In this document: positions 23,280-35,000 of the stretch, in pieces | Numbering within the stretch: position 1 is the stretch's first letter | How the letters are laid out: each line of letters begins with the position of its first letter | Assembly (NCBI GenBank): GCA_050084515.1 | Contig: CM114271.1 | Coordinates: 3,162,001-3,226,000, forward strand | Origin: Blasia pusilla | Taxonomy: Eukaryota | DNA length: 64,000 nucleotides | Direction: 5' to 3' | Program-made: the position numbers and the translations under genes | Notes under the pieces: generated by a model | What the model was told of the DNA's origin: nothing | What the model saw: the letters and a program-made list of their open reading frames with translations, nothing else | The model's database searches: none

Positions 23280-25800
23280 TGATTCATCCGCCTTCCACCT
23301 TACAACCACCCTGGCTCATAAGCAACACTCTCCTCCTAGAAGTCAAGGATGAATCCTAGGGGATATAGCCTTGTACTCCCCACCAACACATCGTACGACT
23401 CAGTCAGTGTCGTAATTGCACGTGTGTGCACCATAGCAGTATCTGTCGCATGCTCTGGTTGGACTCTAACAGCTATCTCTTGTTGAGTCATATACTACAT
23501 TGGTGACATGTCCCCAATCGAGGTCTGTATCTGGAAGGAACAAGGCTCAATGTTGACCTTCGGTAACCCCAACGCTAAACACGTCGCCTTCCCTAACATC
23601 AAGGGATGCGCTCCCGAATCAAGTAGGACGCGTTGCGGGTGATACACTGTCCTTGTCGGACTAACCAAGCGAAATACTCCAACTCGATTATCCAATAACA
23701 TCACGCAAGGTGTCAGCATGGCCCGCTCTATGGCCGGTTGAGCTGGCGTATCTACCAACTTCGCCGCCGCCGCATGCCATGACTCTATGGGGGACGTCCC
23801 GAGCACTTGCTTCGAGGGAAAGTCCACCACCTCCTCAACTACCTTTGAACGAGAGCCAGTCACCTCTCCACGCTCACACAATGTGGCAGCCAACCGGAAC
23901 ACCTCAGCTGGTCTAACTCCCGATGTCACCAACTCTATGGCAGAAAATAATGGAGCCTGGCTCACCATGGTAGCCACCTCCAACACTATGGTCGATAGTG
24001 ACTCCACTCGAGCCGGCATAGGAGCTTCCACTCCAACTCCTTATGACGTCGATGCACCCGCCTGACCTGTAGGCACTACTGGTTGTCGAGACACTATCAA
24101 TGGTGTGTGAAGTGCCTCTGACAACGTGAACGATTGTGGAACCGTGGCTTGCCACCCATCGGTCCCCTCGGTGGGTCAATCTCAACTCCACCTCTCGATG
24201 GCTCAGTGCCTCTCGCAGCACCCTGAGTCATCGCCGCAGCAGCCTCAACATGTGTTGCACTACACATTAGCCCCATACTAGCGATATCCTCACCCGGGTC
24301 ATGGTAAGAGGTAGAAGGTGGAGCCACACTAGCTACTCGCGGCTCTGTGCCTTCCCTGAGCTGCATCATCGTCATGGCAGCAATCCTCTACTCCAACTGA
24401 TCGATGCACGAGTGAAGCGCCGTCTCTAGTGCTCCCACTCCATCTCCTCTGGCACATGGTGGTCCTCTACCACCACGTCGAGGAAACAACTCCTCGACCT
24501 CCTTCAGGAAGCGCCCCTAAGCCTTCGGCCTACCTCTAGACGTGCCTCTCGACGAAGGTCAAAACTTCTATCCCTAATGTGACCATATCTGTGGCAATAG
24601 TCACATTGGTACTATGGTGGAGCCATCCTCTACGGCTCCTGAATAATCGGAGGTGCTCGTGGTCCCCTCCCATGCTGTGGGCAGTCTCTCTGCCTATGGG
24701 CCTCTCCACACGTCCAACAAGACAACATCAGTACCTGCTGGGCAACATATGTAGGTACGGGTCGTTGCCTCATAGGCTCACAGTACCCGCCCTGCTCTTT
24801 AGGCACACAGGCCGGCTCCCATGGTACTGGTGCTCGTTGTGGCACATGTGGGGTCACGGTCGCTCGTGGACCCGTCGACTCTCGAGAAAATCCAGTGGTC
24901 ACTACCTGCTCCTCATTCATGTTGAGCTCAATACGCTCAGACAACTCAAAGATCACCTTCAATGTGGGCTTCGCTATGTGAATCAGCACCGCATCTCAAA
25001 CTCTCCTCCGTAGTTCTTGGTCCAGAGTCCCGTACCAATAGCAATACTGGATTGATTGCGCCTTAGTCACCCCTTAAGTAGCAATGATCAGCCTCCTCAT
25101 GCGCGTGAATGCCTCTCTCAGACTCTCACCCGATCCTCACTGAAAATCTCAGAGACTCTTGACTTTTGTCGTGCACGCCCTGGTAGCTCTTCCCCAATTG
25201 TCGAAAGAACTCCACTGTGGGACTGAAACTGGGTGGCCCTCTACCACCAGAGGTCTTTGCCACATTGCCTTTCTCATTGCCCTCCTCTCCATCTAGTCTC
25301 CGGGCTGATGGTGTGGGTCTCTCTCCTCTCACGATCCCATCATATGCCTCGCGACCACTAGTGGACACATACCCTCGAGCCCAATACATCCTTTAGGCAT
25401 CAATCTCTCATAGATATAGTGATTGAAACTCCATGTAATCATCCATCGGAAGACCCTCTAAGTGCTAGAACAACCCCTTCCATACCATGAAAGGGTTGAA
25501 CCGTGTCGGGGCCTGTATCTCCTAGAAATTGCAACATGTGTCAAACTCTTGGATAAAGTCATCTAAGACAATGGTGTGGATTGCACCCAAAAAATGATGC
25601 ATGCCCCGGTGGCCCATATCGTCCATCTCCTGCCAAATGACATTGCCTCCGTCTGCGATCTCGTCACCACACCTGTTGTCTAGTAATGACGATCCAGCCA
25701 CGGAAAGATGTCGAGCTAGCTCCTCACTCGTAACCCCTCGGTATCTCACTCCACTCCGTGTCACACCACTTCTACTACTCGTACAACCCCGTTCTTTCAA
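23280..25800 (-). pseudogene. Gypsy gag and aspartic protease remnant
   Basis: CX2CX3HX4C knuckle and VLLDSGAHPLML, in fragmented ORFs. Confidence 0.8.
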
Positions 25801-27080
25801 ACGTGGGAAGAACGCCGTGATAAAAACCCTGTCTCACCCGCTCAAGCACTCAGACTCACCAAGAGTCTCCCATACTCCTCACTAGCTCACCGACACTAAT
25901 GGTAATCTGGTGACGACATGCACACTCAACACTCGGGCTCACCATGAGCTTCCCAACTAAATCACCTAAACCACTGACACTCTCGGGTCATACACGTGAT
26001 ACCTACTCGGCAACCGCCCTATATCCACATACATGCTACACATGCATGGAGACTACACTCGTCATCATCGCTACACCCGTCTGGCCCCAAAAACTACCCG
26101 ACACCCAACACTCTCAATCACATAAGACAAGTGCGGGAAAAGGGACTCGAATGAATAACCTTATCACGCCCTCCAACCTATGGCACAGTCAACACTCACT
26201 CCTCCCTGTGATATGACAACCTCCGCACCCCGACACTCCCCTTGAACCAACACGTCGAACCTCCCATCAACATCGGAGTATATGTCTCCATCAGAATCCT
26301 CGCAAATCCCAGCCACGCCTGCAACATATCACGTGCAAAAAAATCTCTCCGCCCTCCCCCAGACGCGCCTCGTAATCTCAACTCAACCCGGGACGAACTC
26401 AACCATGTCGACCCGTTTATCACGTCACTCGTGCCTCTGCCACGTCGCCCTACTACGTCCATCTTGGCCCCTACTACATCAATCCGCCGCCCTGCCCCTA
26501 CCACATCCGCTCCTCCACATTGCCTTACTACGTTCACTCCATTGACCACGTCGAGAAGGTGCCGACTACAGCACTCCCAACCACTTAAGGGGAAAAAAGG
26601 GGGGCAAATGGCTTGGCTTGCGTACCTATGGGCCTTAATGGCCCTTGGGGGGGGAGGGGTACGTGGAAGGGAAGGGTCGTGGCCAAGGGCCACGGCTTCG
26701 CAGCTCGCTGCCTCCGGCTCTGTTACCTGCAACCTAACCCTAGCCCTAGGCGGCTACGCCCTAGCTTGGACGTCCTCACGGCGGCTATGGTGCCCCGACC
26801 TAAGCTTCTCCTTCCGATTTCCGGACACTTACCGCTACTCACTTGCGACCGTCCTTGATACACTCTGCGCTACACCGGAACACTGCACTCTGCTGCTGCC
26901 TCCAGTCAGTTTGCACCCACAAAAACGTGAGAAAATATACATCGCTTCCGCCCACAACCTTCTGAACGAAAAAATGACAACAAAAATACCAACCAGGGTC
27001 TCCACGGACTTCCCACCGAGGCAACTTGCTTGCCTACTTGGTAACAACGAATTCCCACCAGCCCCATGACATCTTTTTCA

Positions 27081-27564
27081 TGTAAAAACAAAGAGTAGTA
27101 AAAATGGCACACCCCGCCTAAAACTCCACTCCTCAATCTACATCCGCACATGGAGCCTCGTCCACCTTGTGCTTTCAAGGAATCCAGACGGTAGCACCTA
27201 GTCCTAACTCACACACACGAGCCATAATGGTACTCCAACGGCCCAACATGAGAAAGATGCCTTGGGAAAGCCATCTTCCTCCCTTATATAGTGTTGGGAA
27301 GAGCCAAAAGGCTTTTCCCCTAAAAGTAGCTATCCTCCTGGTAACCTGCACGCATAGGTTACCAAGAGCGGATCACCTGCTCAAGAAGTCACCCAATTGT
27401 GAAAGACCTCAACAGGACTCTTGTCAGAAACGATGTTCCTGACACAACGGACCTATCCCCAACCTCGTCCAACACCTCGAGACAAAGTTGCACTCGAGAC
27501 AGTCCGCTAGCTCCTATGCCCTATGCACGATAGATCTCGGCCTATCGGCTACTGAGATGTGAAA
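27081..27564 (-). repeat. Terminal repeat X, copy 1 (5' end of element; putative promoter)
   Basis: Aligns with 18218-18699. TATATAA on the minus strand at ~27284-27290 is conserved in the copy at ~53117. Confidence 0.9.
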
Positions 27565-29367
27565 ATGGAGTTAATAAGGCTCTCAAAGTAAAAAGGGTTC
27601 ATCAAAATTGGCCATGTATGGAGGAAATATTCCAAAATTTTCCCTAATGCATTGTTAGACAAATATTTATTTGTAGTTGGAATGACATATGTCAAACATT
27701 GGAGGATAAGGAAAATAAAAAAGGTGTCCTCCCTTACTAGCATTTTTTTTTAAAAATCATTTACTTTCTTATTTGTTTATGTTTTTGTTTATTTATGGGT
27801 GGGGGGGAGTACCCCTTTATTCCCCACTTCAAAAATATGAAAATCCTCTCTTCCTCCCTCCTTCCCTTAATTCCCTCTTTTAAAACTTTCATCTATTTTT
27901 CTCTCCCTATCCTTGCTTACTCTATCAAAGTTTTCAATTCCTTTTTAGAATATAGACTTACACCATTTGGCTTGTTAGTATTCTTAGGTATCCCTTCATC
28001 ATCGAATACGATCACATGAGTTCGCCTCTTACCACCATTGTTATCCATAACTTCTACCATTGAATGTGAGTGGTAACAAGTGTACTACCACTAACAATGG
28101 CTTTTCCCAAAAAAATTTAACAAGGGATTCTCTTCTTGGTTGTTTCATAAGGGCTTTCACTACTACATTTACTGCTAGTTTGTGATTCTTTGTAGTCTTA
28201 GATTATTCACAAAGCAATTGCAAATAATTCACAAAGTATAAGTTTTGTACTCACAAATTATGACAACTTTACAAATGAAAAGACTTATTTTGTTACACTT
28301 ATATTGCTCTCACAAACCACTCACGAAGTGCTCAAAAGGTTACGTTTTCTAGAGTTTATGAGTAGATTGGATGATAGATGTATAATAGTGCAACTAACTT
28401 GCAATGGACTCAAAAATTAATCGTTCTGTTACATAGTAAAAAGGCCTTGCCCTACACAGAATTTGATCAAGTTTGACTCTTGCATAGCACCACGCGCCTA
28501 GTTTCTGCAGACTACCTAGGAAAGGCTTGTTGCTTGTTGGCCTCTAAGGCCCTTTAGTTGTTAGGAGATGAAGGAAAGGGCATGGATAACACTAGAATAC
28601 ATAGGCCGCTACGCGTCTGCTGCTTATGCGCCTTGTTATCCGGAATTTTGGTGACACTACTTCAAACATTCTATTATGAATTGAAAAACTGTAGTAAAGC
28701 TATTTCATCTCACACTCTTATTTACCTCCCTATATTTGTCCCTCTTACATCAATTTCATCCATTCTAAAGCTTTATAGCTCCCATGAGTAGTTTTCTTGA
28801 AGCAACTATTTAATTTTTTGAGTTTGATCTATATCGGTCACAAATTTAAGTGATTTAAACCCCCATTAGTAGTTTGTTCTCTTCTCATCCTAGCTTTGGT
28901 TTTGGTCGTCTCTTATAATTTGGTGTTTTACACTTTGTATGAGTAGGTCCATTGGACTTCATTGCCAAGGATGTGATTGGCATGTCTATTGAAGTTGAGT
29001 GTCCTCCTTGCCTAGAATCTTGCCTATAGAAGAAGCCATAAGATAACTTTTCCAATCTCCTTTGAATCCCATGCAACATTATGAGTGTCGTAGATATCCT
29101 CCAAAACAAATCTACTCTAAAGAGAGGTGCAACATTAGCAAAAGTACAATGGACTTGGTATTAAGAGTCCAAATACATCTAAAGTTGGCAAGAAAGGCAC
29201 AAAAGGAAATCTAGAAATTTGGAAAGATATAAGTAAAGTACAATGTGGGTTGAATACGTAGGAGCGGATTTCCTAAGCCTTACAATTAAGGCTAAGAACC
29301 CCAATATGTTCAATGGGGAAATCATATATTTAAACATCAAGGATGGCCATTTCCATCTCTATCCCTT

Positions 29368-29650
29368 TGTCACATCTGGTCTCAATGTATGTGCGTGAGT
29401 TTGTTTGGTTTATGGATGGATCGACCCGTGTGTTATGAAGATCGGTGTTGTGTGGTGTGTAGATGTGATCAATGATGTGGGTTGTATAGCAATGTGTATG
29501 CGTACTACAACGTTGTAGGGTCTCGATGTATATGCATGAGTTTGTTTGGTTTATGGATGGATCAATCCGTGTGTTGGGAAGATCGGTGTTGTGTGGTGAG
29601 TAGATGTGACCAACGATGTGGTTTGTGGAGCGATGTGTATGCGCATCACA
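29368..29650 (+). mobile_element. 283-bp deletion derivative of the same retrotransposon family
   Basis: Begins TGTCACATCT (X start), contains two tandem Y-like units, ends ...GCATCACA, and is flanked by a perfect 4-bp TSD CCTT (29364-29367 / 29651-29654). Confidence 0.85.
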
Positions 29651-30096
29651 CCTTGTTTTTATCCATGATCTTTTTATATTCCTAATATTTTTAAGACAAT
29701 TATGATTTTTGATTTTTTTAAGTTTAAGAACATTAGTGACCCAATAAATTTTTATTGGAAATGCCCTCTTTGAGCTCTATTGAATCCTCGTTAAAAGTTT
29801 TTTTTGGTCTCATATTATCCATAATGCCTTTTGCTTTGCCTCTAAATATATATTTTCTTGTTTATATGTCTGATATCGTTCTTCCCCTTTGCCCTAACAT
29901 TTTCCTTGTATATCTTTTTGTCAACATCATTCATCCATCTATCCTTGTTCTCTTGCTAAGGAGATAGGAAAAAAGTGTACGCATATATATGTACCACTGT
30001 CATGCGCATACTCATCAATGTATAACATACATCTTTGTCACCGAAGACACACATGATCCCATGCTAACTCATGGCATCCAAACATCCTAAATCCAT

Positions 30097-30097
<1 letters not shown>

Positions 30098-30153
<56 letters not shown>

Positions 30154-30272
30154 GTCAAAACAAACCCTCTCTCCTAATTAGAGCCTTGGGTTAGGGTTAC
30201 ACAGAAAAGGCAAGGAGAACCATAGCTCCTCTACCTCATGTTGAAAGGCTCAACAGAAAGATAATGAACTCT

Positions 30273-30351
<79 letters not shown>
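30098..30351. repeat. Two (CT)n microsatellites (~30098-30151, ~30277-30351)
   Basis: Visible directly. Confidence 0.98.
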
Positions 30352-30354
<3 letters not shown>

Positions 30355-32029
30355 GATCATTTATGCTCGCAAGTTATCTCCTTGGCTCTTGACATGTTGT
30401 AGGAAGTAAAGGCCCACTTTCCAAAGTGAAAATTCAACTATGATCAAAATGGAAACTTACCCAAAATAGTAAGTTTATCTATATGGCTCTAAATGAACCA
30501 AAATGAATGGGGAACTTGCTCTCTCAAGTTACCTGTGGCCTCAAAAGGTCATCCTCAACCTCATCAGGTTGTCATCCACTATCCTCGAAAGCGCTCTACT
30601 AGATCTTGTTAATCTATCCTATAAGACCTGACAACTTGTTTGGGAACTGCCCACCTAAATTAGGATCCTCGTCATTTAGGGCATGTAGTTATATTTTTCC
30701 ATACTATATTTTTTTGGAAGTTTTCAATTGGCTAGGATCATCAAGTAATTTTTTCCAATCTAACATTTATGTAGTTCACAAGAAGGATCTTAGTAGAATG
30801 ATGATAGTATATACTTGAAGGGATCATATCCAGATTTATTCTTTTGAGTATGAAGCTATTTTCTAGCATTGAGACATCAAGGCCTTCATCCAAGGTTGCA
30901 TATAGACAAAGTCTATATGCGTAGACATGTCAATGTTCGTGGTCTTACGTCCATCTTATAGAAGGACTTGTCTATGTGGGTCCCATCTTTCCCATATTTT
31001 CTCATCCCCCCACTTGCATTTGTGACCCGCACTTTCTTGTTTCTTCCTCCTCCCATTTATGTTTGTGGACATGTCCAAACTTGTTCATCCATGTCCGTTT
31101 TTTTGAAATAACACCTTCATCCCATGTATGTTCTCACTATGAAAATCAATTCACGCTTTATTTGATATAATGATAGAGATCCCAAAAACAATTTTTTGAG
31201 GTTTCAATTCCTTTTCTAGTTAAAATTTAAGGTGCATGATTATGTACGTGTGTGTTTGATCATCATGATTTAATATATATATTATTATTTTTATACCTAG
31301 CACATGTAAAATATTAAATTTTATCCTCATGCTAGATTTACTAGGCTTCACGAGTAATTAATTAAGATTTTTTTTGTTTTCTTTTTTGGCAGGGTAGAAA
31401 TAAACTTTTGTATGGGAAAAGAGGAATTCATAAGCAACTTTTTCCTAAAAATTTTATTTTCAACATGGAAGAGGAAGAGAGAAATAAATCAATTTTAAAC
31501 AAGGAAAGACTTGATCGAAGAGATCGGAATATGTGCCATTTACGGCTCCTAAAATACTGGACTCCGAGTGCAAAGCTTGCAGAATGCAAGTTATTTTGAG
31601 GGTTCTCTATCCTCCGGTATGAATTTTTTACTGGTTTTTATACGTGCGAAGAGAATATAAAGTTGGATTTTGAGGGAAAGAGAGTATTTTGAATTTTCAA
31701 TAAGCTCGCTAGAGAGTATCTTATAGGATTTTTCCAAAATTTCTATTTCATTATTTGAATTAAAAAATAATATTATTTAATCATCAATATGGGATATTTC
31801 AATAAAAGAAAATAGTTGGTGCACGGTTTTATAATTTTAAATTATCCCTCCTAAGTGTATAATTAAATTTGAGCAATCCTATTGGGCTAGATAGTGAGCG
31901 ATTCCATTGGCTAAAAAGGACAAGTGTCAAAAGGAGAGGTGATATCAAAATGAAGAGGCACTTTCCAATAATAATATAGATCATGAGAAATAAGGAATAA
32001 AACTTCATTAGGGCAGAGAGATAGGATAG

Positions 32030-35000
32030 GGCTACACTCCTCGTAGATCCACACAACATACACCTCAAGCTCACAAGTACCACTGCCAAGCTTGGACCCA
32101 TCATCTCATCTACGTTCAAAAGATGGCGTGGCACACAATAATGCACATAATCCTTCCAAACCATACCATCCCATCACTCCAACTTTGAGCGATAACACCT
32201 CAAAATCATGCATCCCGTAGTGACATCTAGCTTCGTGGGTACCACATATTGTAAGTGCACATAATCTCCAAGATGGAACCTCCTTATCTTTGGACAATAA
32301 CCTCCTCCACGAATGATTATGCACCTCGATGTATCCCTATGCTAAGCAATAGCTAAGTTCTCAAATGCCATGGGGATAACTTTACAAGATATCTTTGCCC
32401 TCTAAGAACATGCTTGTCCCCATACATCCGGATCATCAAGTTCCAACACCCTTGCGATGTCACAGCCAATAATTGTAGGTGAGTATATCTCTCTCCCATA
32501 GAGAAAAAAGTACAGTGAAAATGACCTTAAGGACGCCTGCCAATTGAAGGGATATCCCATACCCAACCATAGCAAGTGTAGCTTCCACTCCCTCAAATGT
32601 CCCCATTGCAAGTCATACTTGCGTAACCCTCTCTTTATTGAATATAGTACTCTCTCCGCCAATCCATCTGCCTGCAGATAATCTATGGACGTGGTGCGAT
32701 TATTTATCAATGTCTGATCACACAAAGTCGAAAACTCTCCCTTGAACTCCATACCCTGGTCAATCAACATCTTTCTCGGTCTACCAAAATGAATAAGTAC
32801 TTGATCTAAAGACTCACAAGTTGCTCCCTCACTCACCTTGTCCGATAGCACCACCAACTTTATCCACTTGGATAAATGCTGCACCATAACCAACACACAC
32901 TTATGATGACGGATCGTCAATGGCGAAGGTTTCGCAAAGTCTAGACTCCACTGATAATCTAATCCCATAATCAACAAAGGATGCAACTGTGGAGTATGAG
33001 CATTTAAAGATGCTCATACTCAACGAGACACCATACACCTGGCTACAAAGTATTAAACCTCAATATTCATGCCATGCCACCAATAACGAACTTGGAATAA
33101 GCTATAAGTACACTTTATTCCAATGCATCCCAATTTTTTGTAGGCACGTTGCACAACACGTACTCGTAGGGAAGGACGAGATACTATTTTCATCCTCCCA
33201 TTCCCCACACCCGTAAAATGTATGTCCCCTTCCACATGAGGCTCTTGGCTCTCCATGGGATTTCATCCCATTCCCTAACACTCATAATGCTTGCTATGAC
33301 GCCATTGCGTAGGAACCGTAGAACCCCCACATTATCATGGATATATGTGATTTTACTATATATTGTTGTTATATAGTAAAATCACCCGCTAAGTAAACTC
33401 CTTTATCATTAAGTTTAAGAAAGAGTTTTATGCGTATTAAGTAAATTAGCCTAGGAAAATGAAATTCTCATGTTTAAACTTCTTTTATGTGACTCATTTG
33501 CGCCGGCCCAACTTCAAGAAAATAGATAATAATTAAAAGATGGGATTAGAAAAGTAAAGTAGTGGGATTGGTCTTTTAATAAAACAAAAGTAAAAATAGT
33601 GTTGGTTGGTCGCTAGGGTTGGTGGGGTAGTTTGGAAGATATGAAGGAAGTAAAAGAGGATATTTTGGAAGAGATAAGAGGTAATCTACTTGTGTCAAAA
33701 TGTGATTGGCTAAGCCTTGAGAGGAAGCCATGTGGCACAAGATAAGATTTTATACTCTTGTGAATCCCTTGTGAGTATATAAAGAGCATGGACCTTCAAG
33801 GGTTCATCACTTTCTACTTCACATATTAAGTCTCTTATGTCATTCTTGAATGTATGGCTTTGGGATTGTTTGCTCTTCCAATGAGAGTGGATTACCCCTT
33901 TTGGGAAAGTAACTTGACCTTGCTCTATTATTCGAGAGTTTTCTAGAGTGTGGTATGTGTGGAGATGAGAGTCCTGTCATCTTAGATGAGTTTAGTCATG
34001 CTAGAAATAGGTGATGGTTTGGCTTGTTATTTTTCGAATGAGAGTGGATTATCCCTCTTGGGAGAGCAACTCCGCCAAATCCTATTTTAGAGGAGAGTAG
34101 AGGATGCTTGTCAAGTATGGATAGGGATGGAGCACGAGTTGTGCCGGATTTTCCTTTCTTTAACCTGTACCACATCAAGATTCTCTTTGTAGATAGGCAC
34201 TAGTTCACTCGCTATCTAGTTTATCACTTTGGGGATGCGTTCATGAACCAAGTCATACAATCTCCAACTCCGGTGATTCTTCCTATAGTCACGTACAGAA
34301 GGACATGGAATTGCACTTTGTATGTCCTTATATAGCTATCCATGGACGTCAATAGGCATGTTTGAGTAGGATTTAACACTAGTTGTGTTATTTTCCTTGT
34401 GTACAAACGTAAAGTAGTTTACAGGGATTTCATAGTTAGAATTTTTGGGATTCCATGTTATGAAGAAGTGATAATCTCGGCACTACCATTCGTGATTCCT
34501 GTCGTGAGAGAATGGAGAGTTTACACAATAATTTTATACTGAAAAAGGAGAAATTATTATAGAGTTTGACTTGCATCAACCACGTCTGCTTCAGCTAGAA
34601 GGTCCGCCCTTACTCGAAGAAAGGACTTTCGACACGACATCGTTGCCTCCTCACTAACCTCTAAATCTGAAGACTCATTGTCTAAATCCACCACTATAGT
34701 CGCTATATGTTGTTGATCTAACATAGTCAACCAACAAAGGAAGGTTGATGCATGCTTACTGAGCACCTTCTTCTCATCACTCTCTTCGTGCCATCAAGCT
34801 CTTGTCTTGTCTCTATTACCCGAGCAAGGGTTACAACTCAACCCATCTGCATCCACATTCACCCAACCCAGCCTATGAACCACCTCAAACTTGTACTCGC
34901 ATAGTAGTAGAGCCCACTTGGCAAGCTTCGATGCAAGCTTGTTAAACTCCATCAACCACCTCAATGATGGATGATTAGTGATAAGTGTGAAAGGATTGCC

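Larger units (their letters stand above)
18081..27564 (-). mobile_element. Ty3/Gypsy-type retrotransposon (gag-PR-C5 MTase-RT-RH-IN-PHD) with split direct repeats; decayed
   Basis: Gag zinc knuckle CWTCGEAHRQRDC (24681-24719); protease LLDSGA (23609-23626); RT RMCGNY and YIHDILIFS (21321-21332); RNase H; integrase HHCC plus WSLDFAGP..VLID..HPEADGLVER. Order RT-RH-IN. ATGG flanks both ends (18077-18080, 27565-27568). Confidence 0.93.

Noticed and set aside
27047-27066. CGAATTCCCACCAGCCCCA resembles a tRNA 3' end (possible PBS)
   Set aside because: The spacing does not fit T-arm plus acceptor plus CCA, it is displaced from the repeat end, and the TGG is not conserved in the 53.3-kb copy.
26196-27069. 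275-aa (+) and 178-aa (-) ORFs in the retrotransposon leader
   Set aside because: Pro/Thr/Arg- or Gly/Val-rich with no recognisable domain; explained by GC-rich leader composition. No tyrosine-recombinase or env motif seen.
18081-27564. Classification as DIRS/Ngaro because of split repeats and a methyltransferase
   Set aside because: The element has an aspartic protease, HHCC plus DDE integrase, a PPT and a 4-bp TSD, and no tyrosine recombinase. Its MTase is C5-type rather than the adenine-type domain of DIRS1.
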